Shown here piece after piece: positions 13,631-26,420 of a DNA stretch of 64,000 bases. The stretch's first letter is position 1. Each line of letters opens with the position of its first letter. The notes beneath the pieces were generated by a model. That model searched no databases. It saw only the letters and a list, made by a program, of their open reading frames with translations, and was not told where the DNA came from. Source of the DNA: Harriotta raleighana (Eukaryota); NCBI GenBank assembly GCA_050575255.1, contig JBNZDD010013730.1:5944015-6008014 (forward strand). Direction: 5' to 3'. The translations under genes and the position numbers were made by a program.

Positions 13631-16600
13631 CCACCATTCTTGCCAAGACGAGAACTGTTTTCAGTCAGTTAGCAATCATGTTTTACTTAAAAAATGAGAG
13701 GAAAACATTAAAGAGACACCCCACCTCACAATGCAAGAAATGTGCCATTTTTCCAAACCCCTGACAGTGCAGAATTAATAGTAACATTAATTATATGGGA
13801 ATCAAATGTAAGCAGTTATTAAAGTCATCCTCCTCCGCAGAAATCTAATCCACAATAAATTGAACAATCCCATCAACTGCGTCACAACTTCACCATTCAA
13901 TGTCATTTTGCACCTCTAACGCTACACATATAACTAAATTAAGTGTTGTTCAACTGAATGGGATGGTCCAAACATTTACTGCATTAACAACACTTATTAG
14001 TTTTTTTTACTTGATAGGTGATTTTAATTCCATTTGTACAGTATTCCTCCAAGTGAAATGAATCCAGGATGAAAGGATCAACAATGCTCTGTGTGTTACC
14101 ATGACACCCACTGAGAATAAGTAATTATTTACACCTCCTCCTGGCACTCCCACTAAATGAAGATAAATGCAAAGCAAATTTCATGAACTTGAGCAGTTTT
14201 CAACAGTTGTCAGAGTAACTGATTGCATACAAATAGAAAAAACACTGAGGTGTCAAGGTCCAAGATTTATAAATCTTGTGGGCCCACACTCCCTGATCAG
14301 CAGGCAGTCTGTGACGTGATCCACATTGTCCGAAAAGTGCCTATTGTCTGATTAAGTTTTCATTCTGTGTCAGATTTCTTACTCAAGGCAATTGCTAATT
14401 AACATCTTCGATGGTGAAAGGAAGCGTCAAATGATTTGATAGTACTGTATTTAGCTTCTGCATTCTTTGTTCTTGGTCACGGTGTTCTCAGAGGTGCAAT
14501 AATCTCCAGATACTGAAATGATATTAGAATCCTGAAAATGCTGAACAGCAAAACGAAAATCCCAAACACAGTCATTTTATTAGATGCTTTGTGTTATGAA
14601 CACTATCGCACAGCTCCATGCTAAGTCTTACCTTCAGGACTCTTGTACTTCAGGCGTTTCAATCAGCATTGTTTCACCTAATTATTCAAAGCAGTTCCCT
14701 GGTTCCTTTCGAACCAATACATGACTATTTGGAAACTGCAACACATTAATATTAAAGAATTCCAGAGAACACCAGCAAAGAGCTGTGAGGAGGTCTTGCT
14801 TAACCAATATCATTTACAACTGCACTGTTTTCTCAGCTATCATTTGCAATCTGCATTGCAATAGATCTAATCGGCTAAAGCTTCAAAATCTAAACAGCTC
14901 TGGTACCTAAATGCAGGATTAAGCACTGTTTTCTTTATTTCATTTGATGCAACAAATTGTATTTTAGCCACTGGAGTAAGAAAAGTGCAAACAAGGCAGA
15001 ACTAAAATTAGAAGAAGGCAATGAGACCCAATTGATGACATGTGGAACTGTTATAGTTTCAAGTAAGACTTTGCAAATTGTTTCTAGAAACAGCATGTAA
15101 ACAAATAGTAATAAATATTTCAGCAAGATTTTTTTATCACTTTTCATTTCTACTCTTGAAGGTATACAGGAGTTACAGGCAAGCAGTTTGATGCTTGCAA
15201 AATACCTAGAGTTTTGTCACTTCACATTTGAAAAGAATGTAGAGTTTATCATGAAATCCCATCTCTCTTGCTCTCCCTCCCTCTCGAGCAGTTACAGTCA
15301 ATCTGTGCTCTCCTTCCTATTTCGTTCGGATTGTTATTCCGACCCTTACATCTGTAGAAGTAGAATGCTACTGACTTCCCGCTGAATCTAGGTGCTAGCA
15401 TGGCTGCCACACGTTGTCAGAATGCACACTGGCAAGATGCAAAACTACAAGAAATGAACCAGTATGTTTCAGGTTTTATGCTGTTTTCAGATTATCACTG
15501 CTGAAGAATCTTGTAAACGTTATGTATTCCACTCAATGAAAACAGTTCAGTACTTTGTCAAATGGAAGGATGAAGCTAGAGTTAATCATCAAATAATTGG
15601 ACCATTCCGCAAATTAAACGAAAGGGAAAATTTTGTTCCAAGTCATGAGTTTATTTTTTAACCTCATTCTCCCTGTATGCATGTACACTCACACAATGTA
15701 CAGTACTTTTATCCTGCTAAAGTATCTCTCAACTATTTGTTCGACTGCTGTGTGCATCTGAAAAGAAGTGTGGGGCATTGCTGCACTTTGCCCATAAAAT
15801 ACACAGAATTTACAGAATAATCCTGTGAAGCATTTGAGATATCTCAATGAAGTGATAAGGTGCAACAACATTGCAGCAACAATAATAATAATTCTTAGTA
15901 TTATGCATCATTCATGTGTTGCTTTGGATCCTATGACATTGTGTCAACATTAGACCAATGAGGAGCTATTCTGCTGGGCAGAGATGATGGAGCTGGATTA
16001 GAGTGGGATTCAACAGCTCCAATAATTGTCTACCCAAATTTGTAATCCAACATTAGATATCCAACATTGTAATCATACATTAGACTTGAAACATATGGTA
16101 CAACAAGGGCACTTGTTCGAAGTGAACGTTCATAGAGAGCTCAATAATGTGAATCTTCCATCTTTTTGAGTTGCTGGCTGATACAGCTGTATCATTTTGC
16201 TGGCTTTCTGACACACTTCATGTTGAAATATGCTAAATCCCCCAAATTGCTTGTCAGTAACAATGAAGAGACAAGGAAACCATTCAATATTTTCACTTTC
16301 ATTATGAGAACGGAAGCAAAAAGTATGAGAAATTGTGCTTTCTGAACCATGATCTCATATGATGCATTGATTATACTTCCAGTTTCGGTAATCTATCCAG
16401 TTTGAAATAAACTGCACTCTCAAAACAAGGCTTTGTCTATCTAACATTATGTGTCAGTGTGTTTCTTAATGGAGCTGTTAACAAAACAACTGAAAGGACA
16501 ACACGTCTGGCGAATGCTATATGAATGAACCTTTGGGAATAGATGGACAACTTCCGTTGTGGAACTGCTGCCTCAAATATGCCTGTTTGGTATTTTGAGC

Positions 16601-17589
16601 AGCGCTATTTATTTTCCTCTTCAAATAATTTCTGTTTTGTCTTCCATCATTTAAACATAATATGCATTATCCCATCAGTCCCTGTCTGCCATGATTCTCC
16701 CTCAGGTAATATCTTACAATTAGTTGCTCTCTGCCTAGTTCTTCATTACCTGTGAGCTGTTTAGGAGATTTGTCCTGTGGTTTACCAGCTGTGCGATAAA
16801 GATGTTGTTGATTTATCTGTTTGAATGTTACAGCCAGCCTTTCTTTTAATTTATATTACTTTTGTTTGGGTGCAAGGCTCTTGAGAATAAGCAGTAATTT
16901 GGTTTAAACTAGCTTTCTAAGGGATTACAAAGATGTATAACACAGTGAAATGTAAAAGCAGATTTATGAAGCTATTTAGCACATTTAGTAATATTTCATC
17001 CAATGCAAGTTATAAATAATAAACGTTGCTTACCACTGGCCATCTGCAGTTCACATCAAATACACCGAACATCCAAATTTATTTTGTTTCACGACTTCTA
17101 CATCTATGTATATAATTTTACAGGGTTTGCAAAACCTAGGGATTATATTCCAACTTTGCTACCCATCAGGCTGACATTTCAGGCTCAACTTTGTTTATAT
17201 TAAGCTCTTGAACTTTAGTCTGTTTATTAACTCAAAAACTACATAATAAATTGTAGGATATTTTCAAAGGCAGATTCCTTTCATTGACCTCCAGTAGAGT
17301 CATATATCTAACAGTTATATTCACTAAAAGAATCAATGAAGCTAGTCGCTTGCATTACTTTGGATTCAATAGTTTTTCTGTATCAAAAGTGCATAAAGTA
17401 CATTGAAATATTCAGAGAAACTGAATCTCCAATAACAATCAATCATAAGAAAGGGCAAGTTATGCATTGCAAAGCTGTGCCCTGTTCTAGTGAAAATATG
17501 GACTTCTCATTTCAAATCCAACAATACTTAAGATTATCATAGCCACAGAATTATGCTTTTCCCACCACAAATATTCGAATAAAACCTAG

Positions 17590-18060
17590 AAAGGTTAGAA
17601 CACTATCCTTTCACCTCCCAGATTCAAGTTCAAATATAGAGCAGACAGACGACAGAAGCATGAACAGCTGTGAGTGATGGAAATGTGAAATAAAAACAGA
17701 AAATACTGGAAATTCACAGCAGATCAGTTAGCGCCTGAAATAGAAAAGCTAATGTTTTTGTCGGTTCATTCATCAGAACTCACACAAGTTTAAATTATCC
17801 CTGTGGTAGTATGAAGTACCCTTGCAGCTGAACTCGGGTATTACAAATTTATTGAAGACGAACATCCAAACTATTAACCAACCTTTGCTTTCAAATGCTG
17901 ATTGATCTGTTGATGACTGATTGTCTCTCCCTGCTGGCTGTATGTGCAAGGAGATATGGCTACAGGCAATCTAAGATCATATTCTCAATCCACGACTGTT
18001 TGCATGTTACTGCTGTGCGCAGAGACCTACCTATGTAGAAAATGAGTTCCAGCATGTACA
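17590..18060 (+). mobile_element. LF-SINE-like remnant, interrupted by later insertions
   Basis: cctttcacctc...gttcaaat (17606-17635), tctctccctgctggctgta (about 17924-17942) and cctatgtagaaaatgagtt (about 18030-18048) occur in the order I recall for LF-SINE-type consensus. Not aligned computationally. Confidence 0.4.
17687..17914. mobile_element. Penelope-type palindromic non-autonomous element (degenerate)
   Basis: Begins aaataaaaacagaaaatactggaaa..cagcagatcag, a common shark Penelope-derived terminus. Arms 17717-17740 and 17889-17912 are inverted repeats (18/24 identical by hand count). Confidence 0.55.
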
Positions 18061-18208
18061 TTATTCAGATTTTGTTTGAAATCATCACATATCTAAATGT
18101 CCCTTCAGTTGTATTTGCCTTCAAAATGTGTAGTATATCCTGTGAGGCACTTGGAGACATTCTCCCAATGTGAAAAGTTTAGATATAAAATACAAAGATT
18201 ATTATTAA
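17985..18208 (+). mobile_element. Deu-domain SINE 3' remnant
   Basis: tccacgactgttt..ctgctgtgcgca core, gtgaggcacttggagacat...gtgaaaag tail and (tta)n end. Confidence 0.6.
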
Positions 18209-18961
18209 GATTTGATAGTTTTGTATAGAGACGTTGTTCGAAAGCCGTAACTAACTATGCCAGGTAGATAGTAAATATTGTGCATTTTTTTTGGCAATGA
18301 TAAAATAAAACGATTAAGTTTGTGAATGAAATGTGACATTCTTTCCCTGCTGAGTTGTAAGATGAAATTATCAGTTGCATTTTCAACCACCTGTTCCCTG
18401 TAACTCCTGCTAATTCTTGGAATCTGCTTGGTGCATTTCTCGCTTTGAACCATTTACTTGACTTTGAGCCTCCTTTCCTGACATCTTCAAACTGTGCAAC
18501 CATTCATGAACGTGGGAGTATATTTAGTTCATTAATTATCCGCACATGACCTGGTATTCAGCTTCTGACACCTTCAATCATAGTTTTCATCATTAGGGCA
18601 TCTGCTGCAAATGCATTCCTAATCAGTCTTTCTAAATCACTCATTAATTTTTTTTTCCATTCCATTTTACTTTATTCGTTGAAGTCTTTTCTATGTTTTG
18701 CTCCTGCTACTAGGAAACCATGGATGCATTACTTTCAGAATACTATCAGACCAGACTTTAACTCATGATGCAAAATTTCTTCCACCATTTCCTATTCTTT
18801 CCATCACAAATCACATCAGTTTCAACTCTCATGTTATATAAACGATTCTATATTCTCCAGCTCAGCTGTGCAAGTTAAAGTATCATGTCATCTCAACTGA
18901 TCATTCCCTCGTCATCCCAATACAAATACAATGGTCATAAAACCTATAATATTGCATTAAA

Positions 18962-19320
18962 ATAATCCTTACATTTGTTATAGCATGTTTCATATTGCTA
19001 GGACACTCAAAGCACTTCATATAATACACTTGTGATATGTAGTGACTGTATTTGCAGGCAAATATGCAGCCAATTTGGGCACAACATTATTCCGTAAATT
19101 CATGAGTGAATTTATCTGGAAGATTGTTGGCCACGATACCTTTGGGAAACTCCTTTCTCTTTATGAATAATGCCAAGGGTTCTTCGACGTTCATCTGAAT
19201 AAACGGTTTAGCATCCCATCTGAAGGACACTTCTTCTGATAACAGTATTCCCTCACTACAACACTGAAGTGAAACTTGAACCCACAACCCTCTAACTCAT
19301 AGGTGAGAGTCAACCGACCA
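18962..19320 (-). mobile_element. Near full-length SacSINE1-like Deu SINE
   Basis: The reverse strand shows a tRNA-like head (cttgaacccacaacc..ctaactca..ggtgagag), the Deu core (gcagccaatttg.gcaca) and an L2-like tail (caaagcacttca). Confidence 0.8.
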
Positions 19321-20389
19321 CAGAATCTCTCCTACACTGTGTAAATGCCAAATCTATCCAGCACGTTTGTAGGAATTAATGAAGGAGATGGAGTTATATG
19401 CAACAGGTTGGAGGGTTGGGGGTGCACATAACAAGTGCAAAATCTGTGTGGCACTCCATAAAATATAACACTGCCTATTAACTGTTCAAAGTGGGAGATA
19501 ATATACAATCAAGAGATGTTTCATCTTCCACATATCTTTCTAACATATTTTGAAAAGGTCACTAACCATACTGTTGCAGTTAGCAGATTCGCAACAGGGC
19601 AAGAGAAATGGAGAGGAATTTCAATGCAGCAGCAATGCATTTAAGAGTGAGACTTGTTTCCAATTACAAGCTCAGGAACCCCAGAGAAGAGGAGCTAAAG
19701 CCAATCAAGTAAAGCCAACCTCATTTGCCATTACTGTGTATCAATTTTTTTTAAAAATAAAGAATTCATGTAAAATTGCAAGGCTTGGAAACAACCTAAA
19801 TTTTCTAAATGTTATTTACAGTATTTCTATTTCCAGTTTCTTAACATGAATATGATTTTTTTTTTAAAAAAAGAGAAACACAGTGTGGTGTTTACATCGA
19901 GCGGTTACGAATGGCAACCTGTACCAATCGCTGGGTGTACATCATGCAGACCTGTGGGATCTTCTACAATATACTTCTGAGGGTTTGGATTTGGAACACA
20001 GTCCCCTGTGGGCTGACTCAGTGCACATCTAGTGGCAGCAGAAGTCATTATTTGCAACTCCCTGTTGCAAGATCTGTATTTTCAAGCCCAATGTGGTGCC
20101 TGGCTCGTAATTCGAACCACCACGATCACCTTCATTTTTCAGATAGGCTCTGAAATGTGGTGTTTCTTCACTCAGGCTTGATTCCTCACATTCACTGCCA
20201 CAATTCTGAAATTACCGAGCAGGCGGTAAGTCTAATGGATTATGGTGTTTGAGTGGCAATGTTACGGTTTGGCTGCTAAAACGTGGTATGGGAACAGCCC
20301 AATTAGGAAACTTACTGTTGTACTTGGTGAGTTTTTAAAAAGCTTCACAGAAACGACACAGATTTTTTTCACAACAACTCTGAAGTAGA

Positions 20390-20687
20390 ATCAATCAAAC
20401 AAATCAATTTTAGATAGCGCCTTTCACGTTCGGGAGGAAGTCCCAAGGTGCTATACAGTCAAGTGGGGATTAGAGCAGGGGGGGAGGGAAAAGGAAAGTT
20501 GGAAAAATTGACTGTAATTTTGTCGGCGAAAACGCGGCAGCCAAATTGCACACAGCAGCGTCCCGTAAACACTCATGGAAGTGGGGTTAGCGGAGAAAGA
20601 GGGGAGAGATGACAAGTGGAGGGGTCGGGGTAGGGGGGAAGGAGAACACGAAAAACCAACTGTATATTTGTGGGCGAAACGCGGCAG
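20390..20687 (-). mobile_element. Composite L2-tail / Deu-core element with a duplicated core and G-rich spacers
   Basis: L2/SINE tail atagcgcctttcacg at about 20414. Deu boxes at 20511-20570 and 20659-20687, each preceded by aagtgggg(a)ttag plus a G-rich tract. Confidence 0.65.
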
Positions 20688-21039
20688 ATTTTATTCTAAA
20701 CAGGTATTTAAGTGACAAGCAATTGTGATGATTTTGAAATGTGGCTAAGCACATGCATCTTGCCGTATATGAACTGATGTCCCTATTGAGCCCGAAAACT
20801 AGGCCACTATATTTTAGGTTGCAATGGATTTTCGCGCAATCTATAGTGAAGTTGTATCTGCCTATAACTTATATTCACTGCTGAGCAGGTGATCACCCTT
20901 CTGTAAAACCTATCCAAGGAATAATTTCATTGACATGCCTGAGTTCCTTACCAAGGTCTGTCAGATTATATCGAAATAATGTTTGCTTTAGTGTAATTTG
21001 GGACGCTGTTCTTTCTCGTCCTCCAATGGGTTTAGAAGA

Positions 21040-21180
21040 ACTTGCATTTACGTAGCCTAAGAGCGGAGAGGGAGGAGGAAGGGAGGCAGTGACCATAGAC
21101 GTGGTTGCAGAATTTAGAGAGAGAAAGGGGGTGGAATGGAGGGAATTATAGAGGTAGTTATTGATCAAGGTCGTTGCCAC
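21040..21180 (-). mobile_element. L2 3' fragment
   Basis: cttgcatttacgtagc reverse tail followed by a purine-rich tract whose minus strand reads 'LYNSLH', like the L2 'LWNSLP' motif. Confidence 0.45.
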
Positions 21181-22095
21181 TGTTTAATCTTTGATCAATT
21201 TATTCTGCAATTATTTTCAAATATTTTTGAAAAGTGCCTTCTACAATTTTTCTCCTCATAGTGTTATTTTAATAATTGTCAAATTCAACACTATTCACAA
21301 TCATCATTCAGAAACCTAACTATCTATTTTGCTTTTGAAATTTCAGCTCTTTCATATTGTTTCTCAAGCATTAGAACTTTGCCAGATCAGACACTATTTA
21401 TTTTATATATCAGAAGTAACCGCAAAATGATCAGACACAATGTCTGCCTATCGTTGAATTTTAGTTACTTGGCCTGAAACAAGACTTCTCTTAAGTTGGT
21501 ACAATTGATCATTTCAGTTGCTTTAAAAAGCGATATCGATACAACTTCCCTGAGTGGCTCTGTTTCTTTATGCAAGTTTATTTAACCAGTGAACCTGAAA
21601 CAACTGATCCTCACTTTCATTCCAATGATCGTAAACCAGACTTGTCCGTGATATTTTTTCGTCTTTCATCTTGACGTTCAACCTTTACATTGAGATGTAA
21701 AAAAAATTAAGTTCCTCTTTGGAACGTCACTTATCTCATTTTGTAGCCCAGTACAAAATTCCTCCTTACCTCTGACACGACAGCCAACAAAAGCTCTCTC
21801 ACTTTATTGATATGAATCTTGCAGGGTATGAAGAATGGCTGCATTTAATAATCAAAATTTAAAAGCTTCACAGCCTTAAAGTGCCCTAAAATGTTCCTCC
21901 TGACCATTTCTGTCCATCCTTGTTGAAGAATATTGTCAAAATATATAACGTCATATTGCACAATGTAAAATTTGTATGTCAGATGATATTCACTGAATAT
22001 CACACATGTAACTCAATTACAGTGATCAAGGTTTCTCATGTCTACAAATTGCAAATTTTCATTGATTGCAGACTAAATTCAGTGTGGCATCTAAT

Positions 22096-22404
22096 GTGGA
22101 GTTCTGTAGCTCACTGGTTAGAAGCAAATGCTTTGCAAGCAAGAGACCTGGGTTTGATTCCTGGCAGGGCGAAAGCTTGGGCAAGTTTCCTTACTCCATA
22201 TACCTGCTAATAATCCCTCAAGAAAAAAAGCAATAATAATTTGGTCACATGATTGTTTGTGGGACATTGCTGTGCACAATTGCTGCCGTGACTTGCCCAC
22301 AAAATATACAGTCAATTCACTTTACAGTATATTCTGTGAAGCGGTTTGAGATGTCTAGAAAATGGGAAAAGCGCTATATTAAATGCAAGTTTTTAAATTA
22401 TAAT
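22096..22404 (+). mobile_element. Full-length tRNA-derived Deu SINE (family 2)
   Basis: A box tagctcactgg, B box ggtttgattcc, cttgggcaagtttcc, Deu core tgtttgtgggacattgctgtgcacaatt.gctgcc and tail gtgaagcg.tttgagatgtctag...aagcgctatattaaatgcaag. Homologous to 61334-61650. Confidence 0.9.
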
Positions 22405-23849
22405 GAGCATTACAAGGAGCATTTACACTTTATACTCTATACTGAGCAAGCAAGTGAATGACTGAGTAAATCAGTGAGAATGAGAATGAAAGAAACAGTG
22501 AAAGTGAGTGAAAGAGTACACCTGATGTAGTGATCTTACTCTTTAGTACTAATAATGGAGTATGAATTTCTTTTAAAAAGGTACACAATCACCTAGTTGT
22601 TCAAACAATCCGGTAGTGAATGACAAAAATCCTCATGAAAATAACGACACCTTGTTTCTTATTCAATCACAAACCAGAGGCTGCAGTCCTGGATTCAGCT
22701 TTAAAGAGAAATAAACTCTGTAACAGAACTCCCATCTCAGCTTGGTGACAATCTATTAGTGTGATTGGCAAAAGGCTGAAATCAATTTTTAACTCGTCTG
22801 AATTCACAAGGCTAATGTAAACGCAATCTGCTGAGAAGGAAAGCTATTTTCCTTTAAGTGATTCTTCAGGACCCCTTCTCATCTTGGAGCCAACACTCAG
22901 CAGGGGTTATGTCTATATACAGAAAACAGGATTTTGCCGCAGGCATGTGTATAAAATAAAAGCTGATGATTAAAGGAGATAATAGACTTCTGGTGGGGTT
23001 CTGATCCCAAAAAAAAATTAGTTACGTCAATCATTTCATTTGCTTTCTGACACAGGACCAGTGTTCCACATCTGGCATGATCACGGCAAGTGGAGCTAAA
23101 CACTTGGGGACATTGCCATTCTGTGCTTGGATATACAGTAGTAAATTGAGACTTATGCAAGCAAAGATAGGGCAGTTTTCACAGCAAAGTTGTGCAGAAT
23201 AGTTAGATCAAGCAAAAATGATGTGATTGCACTTATTGTTGCACAGAGTACTTCTCAGTGCCCTAAAAGTACAGTTCTAATTCTGAGCAATGATGTCAAT
23301 ATCCTGTTAGAGTAAGTCTGAATTTAATTGTGATTTAGCTTGTCTCACAGGATTAGACACATGCCCTTTGTAATGTTAACTGGAAGGGAAAGCTATTTCC
23401 CTTAACCTATTTAAAATGATATACTGTCTATTTCAGCGTGCCGATTGCACCAGAAAACAAAATCTGTGCTATACAAAATGTATTATTATTATTATTTTGA
23501 ATTTAAAAAATCTTCGGACAAAGTGTGAATGACCAATTTTACATTGACTCGCAAATACAGTAAACTGATCGCTTGAGCTTGGCTCAACATGTCACTACCA
23601 ACATGTCACCTACCACATGGTGTCAATAATCTGACCATATTTATTTATGTACTGTATTTATACAAAGCCTAACTTGCCACTTCAGATAACTCACTCCTGA
23701 GCCCTTTTCCCTTGGAGTGATGAGTTGTCAGGAGTTTACCATATTCATCACACCAATGTCATAGCGGAATATTGTTCCTTTGCGAATAGGGAATTTCTGC
23801 AGAATTTCTCCCAGGAGATAGATTGGGTGGAGTGAAGTTAATGGTGGGG

Positions 23850-23950
23850 TAAGTTTTTCATGGTCTGTGCATTTTCGAAGGTCTGGAGAGATTGTTTAAT
23901 GGAGTAAATAGTCCTTGTCTCATTCCTTCCTTTCTTGCCTCTTATTGTGC
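23850..23950 (+). mobile_element. Possible old CR1 3' tail remnant
   Basis: aatggagtaaatagtccttgtctcattcct resembles the CR1 terminal stem-loop region. Confidence 0.3.
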
Positions 23951-24627
23951 AGTACTATATTTGAACCTAGTTTCTTTACCTTCTCTCAAGCATGTTAAAT
24001 TGTGGAAAATTGGCTACGCAATCCAACGTACTGTTGTCGATATAATGATGTCAAGTGTTACTGTGAAGGCAGACTTGTGTACACAGTGGGCATCCTTTAC
24101 AGTCAGTATGCTGACTCTGCTCGCAAAGCTTTTATTGTTGGGGAAGGCTAGGTGAACAGTAAGGGCCTGCCACGGGCAAAAATGTAGAAGAGAAAACGTA
24201 GATAAATAAATAAAGCAGAACTGGATGTTTGATGCAAAGATTTTAAATCAGTTTCAAGATTTGCAAATCACAGGAAAGGTTTGAACAAAAAAAGACAGTG
24301 GAATGAGTTCTGATTTCAACAAAATGAAAGGCAAGAAAGAGGAAGGTTCACTGACACAACAACAGCTTTCCTTAAGATGGTATGTTAAGAACAACATTTT
24401 GCACTTATATAATGCCCTTCACACAGGAAGTGGCTCAGAGTGCTTATTTTAACACGAGAGCAAACATATGAGCTTATACACTTCCAAAACTTTTTTTCAC
24501 CAACATTTATTTTCTCCCTCAACAGGCTTCAGATTCTATAAAGTCCAAGTCTCTCCATGTCTCAAATACTGTTCCCACATTTGGGGAGATTCTCCTAATG
24601 GCTCTCACACATTGGTGGAAGGAAACC

Positions 24628-24742
24628 AATAATAATCATCCTTGCATTTGCTTTGGTGCTTTTCATGTCTTCTATATGTCTCAAAGCACCTCGCAGAATA
24701 TACTGTAAAGTGAATTGACTGGATACGTGTGGGCAAAATGGA
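24628..24742 (-). mobile_element. Deu SINE 3' fragment (family 2)
   Basis: Reverse complement of the tail at 22290-22400 (ccttgcattt...gtctcaaagc..cagaatatactgtaaagtgaattgactg). Confidence 0.8.
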
Positions 24743-25092
24743 TATAGGAAGTGCTCTTTCCTCTTGAAGACTTCATTCATTAGAACCCGATTATATTATT
24801 GATACAACTGTAGTATTTATTCCTCTATAATTGTATACTCTGATTTCTTCCAAACTCCAAATAAAATCATCCTACGTGTTATTTCTCCTGCCTCCGTGGG
24901 AAGAATGTGTTGAACAGTCTATGTATTTATTTTTAGATCTCAGGACTATTTGACATTTTTTTTACCCTCCCTCAGTTTTACCTCTTTCCTACAATCTCCA
25001 AAGGTTTTAAAATTATAATTCTGGTTATGCCTTAACTCCTACATCGAGATTCAGCTATTTTCTCTTTGTGGGAATTGTCATACCAATCCAGA

Positions 25093-25425
25093 GCAGTGCT
25101 GGGGGAATATTACATTGTCAGAGCTACCTTGCTCCAGATGAGAAGCAGAACTAAGATACTCTCTGCCTGTTTAGTTGGATGTTAAAGATCCCATTGACAA
25201 TATTCAAAAAGAGACGAGAGTTTTTTTCTGGTATCTGGTAAAGTGATGTTTTTACTTTATGCCTGGCTGTGGGATACTGCTGTGCACAAATTGACTGCTG
25301 CATTCGCCTGCACATATATATATATATACAGTCAACATCTTGCAGAAAAAAACCTCTGTGAATTGCTTTGAGGCATTTGAATGTGATGAGGTACTATATC
25401 ACATGCAAGGATTGTTATTATTATT
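25093..25425 (+). mobile_element. SacSINE1-like Deu SINE, 5'-truncated
   Basis: cagtgctg...cattgtcagag, ggatgttaaagatccc, gctgtgcacaaattg.ctgctgcatt and tail tgcaaggattgttattatt. Confidence 0.8.
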
Positions 25426-25829
25426 CAGCCTTGATGGATTTGTACACTATGTTCCTTGACTCTTCCCCTCCATTTCTCAAAAACATCCAACAAAAATCAG
25501 AGCAACCTATTGCTTTTCCCAACAAAATTAAAAAAGAACTTTACCCTGTAAACAAAGTCTCAAAAGAATAGTGCAACGGCATATCACATGCGGTTCTACA
25601 AAAATCTTGTGATTCATCCCGTCAGCAAACCTTAAAGTTCAGCTCAATATAAAAACATGATCGTTTGTTTACCTTCCTTTAAATCTTCCTTTCGATTGTC
25701 AAACCTCAAAAAAGTGACATTTTTCATTTTTGATAGATCTAAATAACAGGATATCTACATCTATACATCAGGTTCAATGTGAGTTTTTATTTCCTTATTA
25801 ATTCTCAGAGTTTTACACAGCCGCAGACC

Positions 25830-26420
25830 TCCAGCGAGATTAAAAAAGGATTCTGTTATGATGCAGATTTACTAGCAGGAGTTTAGGAGGTCTATACCGA
25901 TAATTCAGCACATGATCCTAACATAATGATGGAAATTAGTCAATTTTGATGTCCGCTAAGGCAAGGCTAAGAAGTCATAATTATCTCACAAGCAGCGAGC
26001 TATTTCTAGCCGAATTGGGAAAGATGCAGAGTTATCCTATTTAATGCCTGCACAAACATACATTGAAGCAGGTTAGATAAACTTAAAATTCAATTCAAAA
26101 GAAGCAGATTAATGATTGTCAATAATACTCTGAAGCGACATACATTTCTCTCTATAAAATGCTAAATAACATGCTTTTGAAATGCATCTTGGAATTGCTG
26201 ATGATTGACAGCATTTTGCTTATGCAAATTAATAATGAAGTGTTAAAGCTTAAATTAAAATGGATGTACAGATGTAGATTCCCTGACAATTATGCATATT
26301 GAAAATGAAAAATCCCACTTCAATTGAAACTTGACAGCCACAAGGAGATGAATGAAACACCACAACATTTATTTTGCAGAATTGTCAAAGCAGTGCCAGG
26401 ACCATGTACATATTCCTTCT
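25830..26420. promoter_or_regulatory. Candidate conserved non-coding enhancer (CNE-like)
   Basis: Repeat-free, TAAT-dense block. It carries TGATTGACAG (PBX-MEIS/PREP, 26202-26211), ATGCAAAT (POU octamer, 26222-26229) and a further TGACAG at 26332. Conservation itself cannot be seen from this sequence. Confidence 0.5.

Noticed and set aside
23585-23620. Short direct repeats (CAACATGTCAC(C)TAC x2.5; also ACAAATGACTGAAAAA x2 near 32509 and 32553)
   Set aside because: Ordinary slippage duplications with no repeat-spacer periodicity, so not CRISPR-like.
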